A DNA stretch of 64,000 nt from Octopus sinensis (taxonomy: Eukaryota), in the NCBI RefSeq assembly GCF_006345805.1, contig NC_043017.1:25172001-25236000 (forward strand), read 5' to 3'. Shown here in pieces: positions 25,786-36,714 of this stretch. Position 1 is the first letter of the stretch. Each line of letters opens with the position of its first letter. The position numbers and the translations under genes were made by a program. The notes under the pieces are model-generated. The model was not told the origin of the DNA, did no database searches, and saw only the letters and a program-made list of their open reading frames with translations.

Positions 25786-26530
25786 CTGGCATTGTATGTT
25801 TGTATGTGTGTATGTATGTATGTATGTATGTATGTGGCAATAAAATATGAGCTTCACAAACCACATTTAATTCTTGAAACTGAGAGTGTTCTGCAGCTAA
25901 TTGTAAATTAGTTGGGGGTCTATGACCGAGTCTGTGTAAAATAAGCTAGAAGGTTCTTGTGAAGCTTTGCCATATATACATATATATATATATATATCAG
26001 TTTGTCATGAGAGACCAGATTAAAAGCAACTGGAATGTAATATAACGGGCAAGAAACTTGCACCAGGACGCAAAGTAAAATGTGTACACAACGAAAATGA
26101 CTCGCAAAGGTCATGGAATCATGATTTTGAATGTCGCAGTTCATGTATTCACCTGTTGAAAACGTTTTTTTTTCCTAATAATGTAATGTCTCCATTAATC
26201 AATAGAAAATTCATTGGAAACAGCTGTAGTGAATTGACACATTATTCATCTTTAGTTATTTATTCATATATGTGTCTGTGTGTGTGTGTATATATATATA
26301 TATACAACTTATAAACAAGGGCTAAAGAAAATATTTCTATGCCAATATGCTGATAACAGATTTTTAAATCGTCAATTTCCACATATTATTTACTCGCTAC
26401 AGAAAACACGTAGAGCTGAAATTGAGGAAAGCCAGCCGACAGAATTTTTTTAAAAAAGTTCGTTATTTCTATATTGAATCAATTTCAGAATTAATCTCAT
26501 AATAGATTAATCCTATATTAGTAGTAGTAG

Positions 26531-26561
<31 letters not shown>

Positions 26562-27096
26562 ATCATCATCATCGTTGTCATCGTCGTTTAATGTCCATCT
26601 TTCATGCATGCATGTGTAGGGCGTTTGACAGGAGCCAGCCAGGTAGAAAAATTACCCTAGGCTACTGTGTCTGTTTTGGCAGGGATTTTACGGCTGGATG
26701 CCTTTCCTAACACCAACCACTCTACAGAATGGACTCAGTGCTTTTACGTGGCACTAGTACAGGTGAGGTTAGTTTTGGTATGATTTTTACAGCTGGATGC
26801 CCTTCCAAATGCCAACCACCTTACAGTGTTGACCGGATACTTTTTACATAGTACCAGCACTGGCAGGGTAACCAAGTAACTCACAAGACAAGGAATTATG
26901 AGAGGGGCAGGGCATTTGAGGAGGGGAACTTGTGACAGAGGATGGAAAGGTAGGTGTGTGACAAGGAGACAGAGACAGAAGTAGGTGTCTAGTCACAACA
27001 GAGGGGGCATTAGGGGAGGTGATCCAGTGTGAAATGATGAAAGGTTATAATGTAACAGAGAAACAGAGAGGCAGAAATAGGTGCCTTGCTATAGAG

Positions 27097-27297
27097 CAGT
27101 GGTTTTCAACCAGGGTTCCGCCAGTACAGTGCAGGGGTTCCGCAAGAAGTTACAAAACTGCTAAAATTGGCAGTAATTTTTAAGTCTCCTGTGCAGATAT
27201 TTGTGCATAAGACTATAAAATTATTGCACGGGGGTTCCTCGAGCCAGTGAAATGTTTCCTTGGGGTTCCGCTCCAGCAAAAAGTTTGAAAAGCACTG
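27097..27297. mobile_element. hAT-type MITE with perfect 8-bp TSD
   Basis: TIRs CAGTGGTTTTCAAC / TTTGAAAAGCACTG; TSD CTATAGAG at 27089-27096 and 27298-27305. Confidence 0.9.
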
Positions 27298-27321
27298 CTA
27301 TAGAGGAAGTACATGGTTGCC

Positions 27322-27359
<38 letters not shown>

Positions 27360-27942
27360 AGATAGAGAGTGAGAGAGAAGTACAAGAAAGAGACCAGAAA
27401 CAGGTGTGCTGGTGTAAAGGTGATACTTGGTTACCTGGTCAATTTCTTTATTAACTATGACATGGATAATTTCAGTCAAGTGAACCTTTTCAACTTAACA
27501 TATTACTTTTGTGGTTCTTTCGTTTGTGGTCGTGTAACTGCTGGCATGGCACAGTGTAGGTGTAAACGTGGCTGCGTGGTAAGATGTTTGCCTCTCAACC
27601 ACAAAGTTTTCGGGTCAGACCCATTGCTTGGCACCTTGAGCAAGTTTCTGCTACTACAGCCGCATGCTAACCAAAGCCCTGTGAATGGATATGATTGATG
27701 GAAACTGAAAGAGCTCCATCATGTGTGTGTGTGTATCTCCCTCTCTCTCTTTCGGAGAGGCACAAGGACCTATACGCACATATACACACACCGAAGTAAC
27801 TTCCACCTACCGAATTCAATCACAAAGCTTCGGTCGACTCGGGGCTATAGTAGAAGACACCTGCCCAAAGTGCCATGCAGTGGGACTGAACCCGAAACCA
27901 TGTAGTTAGGAAGCAAGCTCCCTAACCACACAGCCATGCCCG

Positions 27943-27980
<38 letters not shown>

Positions 27981-28027
27981 TGTGTGTATTATATATATAT
28001 ATATATATATAATGTATGTGTGTGTGT

Positions 28028-28061
<34 letters not shown>

Positions 28062-28759
28062 ATGTATGTGTGTGTGTTGTGTGTATATATATATATATAT
28101 AGTTAATCACCCCCCCCCCCAAAAAAAAAAAAACCCACATCACGAGGACATGGTACATGCAAAATATTAGCAGAAGCTCAGGGAAGGAAAGAAAGGTAGT
28201 TTCATGTTTCGAGCAAAGCTCTTCTTCAGAAACAGATGGAGGAAAGTTTAAGAGAAAAGAAGACGGAAGAAAAAAAAAAGTTCCCATCACTGTTTGACAA
28301 CCAATGTTGGTTTGTTTACGTCCCTGTAATTTAGCAGTTTGGTGAAAGAGACCGATCGAATAAATACCAGACTTTAAAAAAAAAATAAGTACTAGAGTTG
28401 GTTTGTTCAACCAAACCCCTTCAAGGCATTGCCCCAGCATGGTAGCAGCCCATTGACTGAGACAAGTAAAAGACGAAGCTACAGACCCTCCCCCATTGAA
28501 GTTCTTTGCTGCCCACCCACCAAATTGTAATATCTAAGATATGTTTACCATTCCATGCAACAATGTTTTTATGTCACATGAGAATTCTTCTTTCATCTTT
28601 CTCTCCCCTCTTTCTTTAATTGTTTCCATGTCTTTTTTCTTTCTCTCCCTCTCTCTTTCCCCCTGCCTGTATCTATCTATCTATCTATCTATCTGTTTTC
28701 GCATACATATATGTAGTTATCTTTTGCTCTTTATTTTCATCTCTTCCTCTTCTCTCTCC

Positions 28760-29212
28760 TGTTCATTATATGTGTGTGTGTATATATGTATGTATATGTG
28801 TGTGTGTATATATATGTGTGTGTGTATATATATATATATGTATGGATATGTGTATGTGTATATATATATATCTATATGTATGTATGTATGTGTGTATATA
28901 TGTGTGAATATATATATATGTGTGTGCACGTATGTGTATATATATGTATGTATGTGTGTATATATGTGTGTGTGTATATATATATGTATGGATATGTGTG
29001 TGTATATATATATGTATGTATGTATGTGTGTATATAAATGTATGTATATATGTGTGTGGATATATATATATATATGCGTATGTGTGTATATATATGTATA
29101 TGTGTGTATATATATGTATATGTGTGTATATATATATATGTATATGTGTTTGTGTATATATATATGTATATGTGTGTGTGTGTATATATGTATGTGTGGA
29201 TATATGTGTGTA
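28760..29212. repeat. Compound (TA)n/(TG)n microsatellite
   Basis: Direct reading. Similar tracts at 23455-23810, 25600-25830, 31655-31815 and 50880-50965. Confidence 0.95.
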
Positions 29213-29793
29213 TAAAGAGAGAAGAGATATGTGTGTTAATGTGTATATTTTCTGCATTTTTTTCTGCTTTATTCCCCTCCACCACAACCACCGTTATTCT
29301 TTCTGTATTTTCTTCTCAGTTCCTTTTTTTCTCTTTTATGTAAAAAATCTTTTGAACTGGAATTCTTATTTTTATTTTCTTTCATCTTTTTTATATTTTT
29401 CCCAATTTTAGTATAACTTTTTCCTTTCTTTTTTTTTTTGGGTTTCTCTACTGATAAGCAAAGTCTTTAAATTCCAGTTTGTTTGTAAAATGGCCATTCT
29501 CTGCATAACATAAGCGCTGCTTCAGATTTAATGTTCTACCAAACTACGTCAGTTCAGAACAATAAAACAATGAAATGACTGAAAAAGACTTAACTAAACT
29601 AAAATCTGAACTAAATTTCTTCAAGAACTTCGTGTCCCTTGACTCATTTAGCTGAAATGTCACTGAATGAACCAGTTCTGATGTTGTTTAGCCCCATTCC
29701 AACCATTAACGGATACACCTACAGTCAGAGCCTGTTGTGTCTTGGGAAGATCATTATACTAATAAGTCACACACACAGACTCTGTTTCACTTC

Positions 29794-31138
29794 TTTATTA
29801 CCTCCGCCAAGGAAGGAGGTTATATTTTCATTGGCGTTGGTTTGTCCATATGTCCGTCTGTGTGCAAAATAACTCAAAAAGTTGTGAACGGTATTTGACG
29901 AAACTTGCAGGAACAGTTGGTAATGACACAAGGAACAGATGATGAAATTTTGGTAGTGATGCGGAAATTTTTATGGATTCTTGAAGGATTTTCCATTTGT
30001 TATATTTACTTTACATGAAGTATTTCAATGTTACGTTCTTTGATTATCTCCCTTGAAAACACGTTCATCGTTTCCACGTAACCTATGGTGGTGTTGCTGT
30101 TTCTAAAGTTTATTTTTGTTTCTCTATCAGCACTTGCGTATCTATCTTAAAATGAGCTGCTTGGCAGAGGTCTGCAGGGGATGACATGACAAGCCTTGAC
30201 TATTGGGATTGATTCAAAAAGCTCAGGCTTTGCTCCCTCCACAGCCGCTGTGAGCTCTATATCATCTGTGTGATGTGGAAAATATTCCATAGACATTGCC
30301 CATCTTTAAAATTCATCCGAGGCTTGGCCCCCATGCCATCCGTCCACTACAGAAATGTTCGTGTCGTATCGCAACATTATGACAGAACTATTTCACCTCG
30401 ATTGGCCCTGCTCTCTTCAATATTGTACCAGACACACATAATGGAGCAAAGTGACTTCACGGCATTCAAACGATCCCTAGATGATTACCCCCAACAAATA
30501 AGTACCATATATACAACCACCCACACCCAGATATGTCTCTGAAAACAATAACCCTCTGCTTGAATGGGCTACGGTTCCCCAGAGCTGACTGTGTATCTCT
30601 TCCAGGTGGTGCTATTAAATTAGACATGGCCTGGGTTAACTTCGGCCGAAACTTATCTAAGTAATCTGATCTATGCTGTAACCTTTTAATCAAAGCATGA
30701 CAACGTGGGTAGAGGCTGATATCTTAACATTTCTGATGGTCTTAAGTATAAAAAAATTATTAAAGATTTATATAGAACTACATTCAGAGTATGTCTATAA
30801 GCTATTGTGTTTAGACCTGGTTTTAATAAAGCAATCCAAAATTAGAAAAATCAAAAATCTGCGACAATCTCAGTCCCATGAGGATCGGATAATGGATTTT
30901 CAACTGTGTAAAGAAACTGATTGTGGTGATCGTAGTTTTGACAGTGATTGTGGTGAAAGCAGAGACAGTGTTAATGATGATGATGGTTGAGATAAGTATG
31001 GGAGGAGAATAAAATAGTATCTCTGTTATGTTATTACTGGCGTTGGTTTAGGAAATTGGGCGATTTTCAGCATGCTTGTATATGAGAGGAAATGAGCTGC
31101 TTGGTGGAGGTCTGCGCTCTCTCAGTGCTTTTCTAGTT
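29794..31138 (+). mobile_element. Helentron/HINE-like non-autonomous element with duplicated 3' subterminal end, containing a CR1 fragment
   Basis: 5' TTATTACCTCCGCCAAGG; subterminal inverted copies CTTGGCAGAGGT (30160-30171) and CTTGGTGGAGGT (31100-31111); ends ...GCGCTCTCTCAGTGCTTTTCTAGTT. A CR1-like SLDYWD*LKKLRLCSL segment starts near 30185. Superfamily assignment is inferred from end structure. Confidence 0.5.
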
Positions 31139-31725
31139 TTTATTTGTTAATTGGGTCACAATTTAACCATGGGTGACTGCTGGTCTTCCATAAACAACCT
31201 TGCTTGGACTTGTGCCTCAGAGGGTAACTTTCTAGGAGCAATCCCATGGTCATTCGTGACTGAAGGGTGTCTTTACGCTTTTACAGAGTTGAATAGTAAT
31301 GTAGACTAACAGGATTTGAACATGGGATATAGAAGGAACAATGTTGTTAAGGGACTCTGTAAAGGCTTTTTTGGTGACTTGATTTGTGTGTGTGTGTCTC
31401 TACATGTACATATATCATCAACGCTGTTTCATCATTTTAACATCCACTTTTCCATGCTTGCATGAGTCAGATGGAATTTATTTGGGATAGATTTTCTATG
31501 GCTGGATGCCTTTCCTATTGCCAATCCTCTCCTGTTTCCAAGCAGAGTAATATTTCCCTACAGCTGGACAAGTTTTTGCAGAACATCAGTCACACACTGT
31601 CAAGACAAGGAAATAACAGAGTGACCCAAGGTCCAAGAGTTTCATGAATTGGCACTTATATATATATACACACACACACATATATATACACACACACATA
31701 TATATATATACACACACATATATAT

Positions 31726-31760
<35 letters not shown>

Positions 31761-33603
31761 CACACACACACACTCACATATATATATATTTTTATATATA
31801 TATATATATATAAATACACTACGATCTCGGAGTGGTTGGTGTTAAGAAGGGCATCCAGCTATAGAAACTTTGCCAGATCAGATTGATCCTGGTGCAGCCT
31901 CTGGCTCACCAGTCCTCAGTCAAACCGTCCAACCCATGCCAGCATGGAAAGCAGACATTAAATGATGATGATGACGACACACACACATAATGAGATTCTT
32001 TCAGTTTCTGTTGACTAAATCCACTCACAAGGCTTTGGTCATCCTAGGGCTATAGCTGAAGATGCTTACCCAAGGTACAATGTAGTGGCACTGTACCTGA
32101 AACTATGTGTTTGGGAAGCAAACTTCTTAACCACACACACACACACATACAGACATACTTTGATACTTTGATAGGTTTCGGCCATAATTGGCCCAGGCCA
32201 TGTCTAACTTAATAGCACAGTTCTTCCATTAAAAAAAAAATCAACACAAATGTGTTCCTGTATGTTTGAGAGGTGACCAACAGGTTTGGGAACAGGAAGA
32301 GCATCCAGTCGTAAAACACAGCCTCAGAAAACTTGTCCAACTCATGCTAGCATGGAGATTATGATGCTAAATGAATGACAAGGATTTCAACATTAAACAA
32401 TAACTGTACAAAACAAAAACAACAACAAAACAAGCAGAAAATTTAAGGAGTTTGTTTCTTAAATAAAAAATATATTTCCTTTAATAATTTACAGAACCAA
32501 TATGGTGAACAAGACCAGCACAGTTAAATGACAACACCACAATGAGTGATGCAAAGTTGGTCTAAATGACATTTTATTTACAGGGCTGAGAGACAAAACT
32601 CCTCCTCCAAAAACTGTGCAGTAAACTCAACCAAGATGCCATCAGTGGAGTGACAGTAGATGGGTAGATTCTCCTCCAAGGTGCTGCTGCTAGATGTCTA
32701 GATTCCCACTGGAAACCAGGGAAGGATTAAATTACAAGAAACAATGAGAAATACCATTTCCCAAGATGCTGTTGTTGAAGGTGTAGAATCCATCAAAGCA
32801 ACAATAGAGAAAATTTACTTCCATGGGAATGGTAATGCAAGTTAAGCCTTTAGCATTCAGATGACTCTAGTAAATATGTTTTTTTATTTGCATTGTTTTG
32901 AATTAATCTTGAAGTATCTTATAGCTTTGAGATTTTGATGATGCCAGTGGTATGTAAAAAGTACCATTCGAGCGTGGTTGTTGCCAGTGCTGCCTGATTG
33001 GCTCCCGTGCCGTTGGCACATAAAAAACACCGTTCAGATGTGGTCAATGCCAGTACTGCCTGACTGGCCCTCGTGCCGGTGGCATATAAAAAGCACCCAC
33101 TACACTTTTGGAGTGGTTGGCGTTAAGAAGGACATCCAGCTGTAGAAATTTTTCCAGATCAGATTGGAGCCTGGTACAGACTTCAGGCTTGCCAGGCCTC
33201 AGTCAAACCGTCCAACCCATGCCAGCATGGAAAGCGGATGTTAAACGACAATGATGATGATAATGAAATGTTTATTTTTAGAATGACATTGTAAGGTTGC
33301 TGTAAGAGATTAGATCTAAATGGTTTGAACAAAAACCAAATAGAATATTTGGTTCCGGTATGGCTGGATAAAATGTTAAACGGTTAAGTTTCTCTTAGAA
33401 GACAATCTTCATCATCATTTAATGTCCAACTTCATGCATGCATGAGTAGGATGGTTGACAGGATCCAGCCAGGTAGACGACTACCCCAGGCTACTGTGTC
33501 TCTCTTGGCAGGGTTTTTACAGCTGGATGCCCATCCTAACACCAACCACCCTGTGGAGTGGACAATATGCAAATTTCCCCAGAGGGTAATTCTCTATCAA
33601 GAG

Positions 33604-34520
33604 TTGATAACAGAAGCAGACCTCCACCAAGATGGCAGTGTGACAGAGATTCTTTCATCAAGGAGTCAATATGAAAGGTGAACACCTCCACGATGGCAAT
33701 ACGAAGAGTAAGCCCCATCGAGGTGACAGTGGAGAAGGTCACCCCCACCGTGTTGATAACAGAAGCACACTTCCACCAAGATGGCAGTGTGACAGAGATT
33801 CTTTCATCAAGGAGACAATATGAAAGGTGAACTCCTCCAAGATGGCAATACGAAGAGTAAGCTCCATCAAGGTGATAATGGAGGTCACCTCCACCGTGTT
33901 GATAACAGAAGCAGACCTCCACCAAGATGGCAGTGTGACAGAGATTGTTTCATCAAGGAGACAATATGAAAGGTGAACTCCTCCAAAATGGCAATACGAA
34001 GAGTAAGCTCCATCAAGGTGATAATGGAGAAGGTCACCTCCACCATGTTGATAACAGAAGCAGACCTCCACCAAGATGGCAGTGTGACAGAGATTGTTTC
34101 ATCAAGGAGACAATATGAAAGGTGAACTCCTCCAAAATGGCAATACGAAGAGTAAGCCCCATCAAGGTTATAATGGAGAAGGTCACCTCCACCGTGTTGA
34201 TAACAGAAGTAGACTTCCACCATGATGGCAGTGTGACAGAAATTGTTTCATCAAGGAGACAATATGAAAGGTGAACTCCTCCAAGATGGCAATACGAAGA
34301 GTAAGCTCCATCAAGGTGATAATGGAGGTCACCTCCACTGTGTTGATAACAGAAGCAGACTTCCACCAAGATGGCAGTGTGACAGAGATTGTTTCATCAA
34401 GGAGACAATATGAAAGGTGAACTCCTCCAAGATGGCAATACGAAGAGTAAGCTCCATCAAGGTGATAATGGAGGTCACCTCCACCGTGTTGATAACAGAA
34501 ATAGACTTCCACCAAGATAT
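33604..34520. repeat. Higher-order tandem repeat: six units of 149/146/149/149/146/146 bp, each built from five monomers of about 30 bp
   Basis: Anchor TTGATAACAGAA at 33604, 33753, 33899, 34048, 34197, 34343 and 34489. Confidence 0.95.
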
Positions 34521-35134
34521 CAGTGTAGTGGAGATTAAACTTTACCAAGGTGAGAATACAGGGAGGAAGAAATATCACCAAGGTGACAATATGAAGAAGA
34601 AACTTCTCCATGGTGAGATAAAGAAGAGTGAAGTTCAGTAATATGACAATAAGCCTCCATTAAACCCTTAGCATTCAAGTTTCTCTGTCTAATGTAATCC
34701 TTATCTATCAACATTGTTTGGAATTAATCCTGCATTACCTCATAGCCTCAAGATTTCAATGATGTGAATGTATATTTTTAGAATGACTTTGTAGGGTAGG
34801 TTTGAGAGGCTAGATCTTGTTGTTACAAACTTATAACAGGCAGAATATCTCAGCTGGATATGACCAGTTTAAATACTAAAGACTTAAGTTGACAATAGGA
34901 AGAGGAAAGATCACCAAGGTGACAATAAGAAGAGCGAAGTTCAGTTATGAGGGGGTGCTGAAAAGTTCCTGGCTTTAAGGGTATCACAAAAGGACTGCGG
35001 AAATATTACCTAACTCGGAAATGAGCGAGGGTTGATGACAGGAAGGGCATCCAGCTGTAGAAAATCTGACCCAGCAAATTCCATCTGACCATTGGACATA
35101 AGGAAAAATGGGTATTAAAATAATGACAATGATT

Positions 35135-35362
35135 GCGGGGGGGGGGGGGGGGGTTGAAAAGTTCCTAGCTTTAAGGGTATTGCGAAAGGCCTGGTTGGAG
35201 CCCCAACCTTCCGAGTTCTTTTACAAGGCTCAGAAAAACTGAAGGGCCGCTGCAATAAATGTGTGAAGCTGAGAGGGGAATATGTTGAATAAAATCATTA
35301 TTAACTGATCCTCCTGTATTTTCTTTTACATAAAGCCAGGAACTTTTCAGTACCTCCCCATA
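35135..35362 (+). mobile_element. Mariner-derived MITE retaining the transposase C-terminus
   Basis: TIR-like GGGG.TGAAAAGTTCCT(A/G)GCTTT at both ends; 35248-35292 reads RCNKCVKLRGEYVE*, like mariner RWxKCxxxxGxYVE*. A reverse copy is at about 63360-63552 and a lone TIR at about 34946-34985. Confidence 0.75.
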
Positions 35363-35471
35363 CATGACAACAGTAAATGTCATTGAAGTGGCAGAAGTTG
35401 GAGGAGGAGTAAACTGCACCAAAACAATGACAACAACAAGAACAAGAAGAAGAACAGATGGGAGGTGTAGC

Positions 35472-36681
35472 TCAGCTATGCGATAAACGATACACGCCCG
35501 ATGTGTAGATCAGTTTCTGGTCCTTCACTTTCTTGTCAAGGAAGGCCTTCAGCTCAGCCAGACTGCATTCCACAGAAGAAGGACCTTGGACGGCAAACAT
35601 ACGCAGCATCGAGTGGATCCTCTCGATGGGGAGACTTTCCAGATTGGTCAACATGCCGACAATGTATGTCCAGAAAACCTGTAGAAAACAGAAGTGTGGA
35701 TGTATATGACTAAATCATACAGATATCACTGCTATGTAGTGAGTGTGTGGGCATATATGTGCGAGTGTGTGTGCATATGTTCGAGTGTGTGTGCATATAT
35801 GTGTGAGTGTGTGTGCATATGTATACGAGCAGGTGTGCATATGTGTGTGAGTATGTGGGCATCTGTATACAAGCAGGTGTGCATATGTGTGCGAGTGTGT
35901 GGGCATCTGTATACAAGCAGGTGTGCATATGTGTGCGAGTGTGTGGGCATCTGTATACAAGCAGGTGTGCATATGTGTGCGAGTGTGTGGGCATCTGTAT
36001 ACAAGCAGGTGTGCATATGTGTGCGAGTGTGTGGGCATCTGTATACAAGCAGGTGTGCATATGTGTGCGAGTGTGTGGGCATCTGTATACAAGCAGGTGT
36101 GCATATGTGTGCGAGTGTGTGGGCATCTGTATACAAGCAGGTGTGCATATGTGTGCGAGTGTGTGGGCATCTGTATACAAGCAGGTGTGCATATGTGTGT
36201 AGAAGACAAGTGGTGTTGTGTGGCTGAGTAACAAAAGTGACTTTGGCAGGATTTGAACTCAGAACATGAACAGTTAAAACAATCCCTGCAAAATATTTTT
36301 ACCTGAAATTTTGGGGAAGGGATTAGTTAATTACATCGGCACCAGTGTTTCACTGGTGCTTAATTTATTGACCCCGAAAGAACGAAAGGCAAAGTCGACC
36401 CGGCAGAATTTGAACTCAGAACTTAAAGAACACTTTGTCTGGCATGCTAATGATTCTGCCAACTCGCTATTGCTATAAAAAAAATGAAATTTGACTCCAA
36501 ACATCTTATAGGTGCAGGAGTGGCTGTGTGGTAAGTAGCTTGCTAACCAACCACATGGTTCCGGGTTCAGTCCTATTGCATTGCATCTTGGGCAAGTGTC
36601 TTCTGCTATAGCCCTGGGCCGACCAATGCCTTGTGAGTGGATTTGGTAGACGGAAACTGAAAGAAGCCTGTCATATATATG

Positions 36682-36714
<33 letters not shown>

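Noticed and set aside
23453-29411. Many [12 protein letters not shown] ORFs
   Set aside because: Products of (TA)n, (TG)n and (TATC)n tracts.
33604-36200. Tandem arrays as possible CRISPR arrays
   Set aside because: No unique spacers between repeats, eukaryotic context, and no cas genes.
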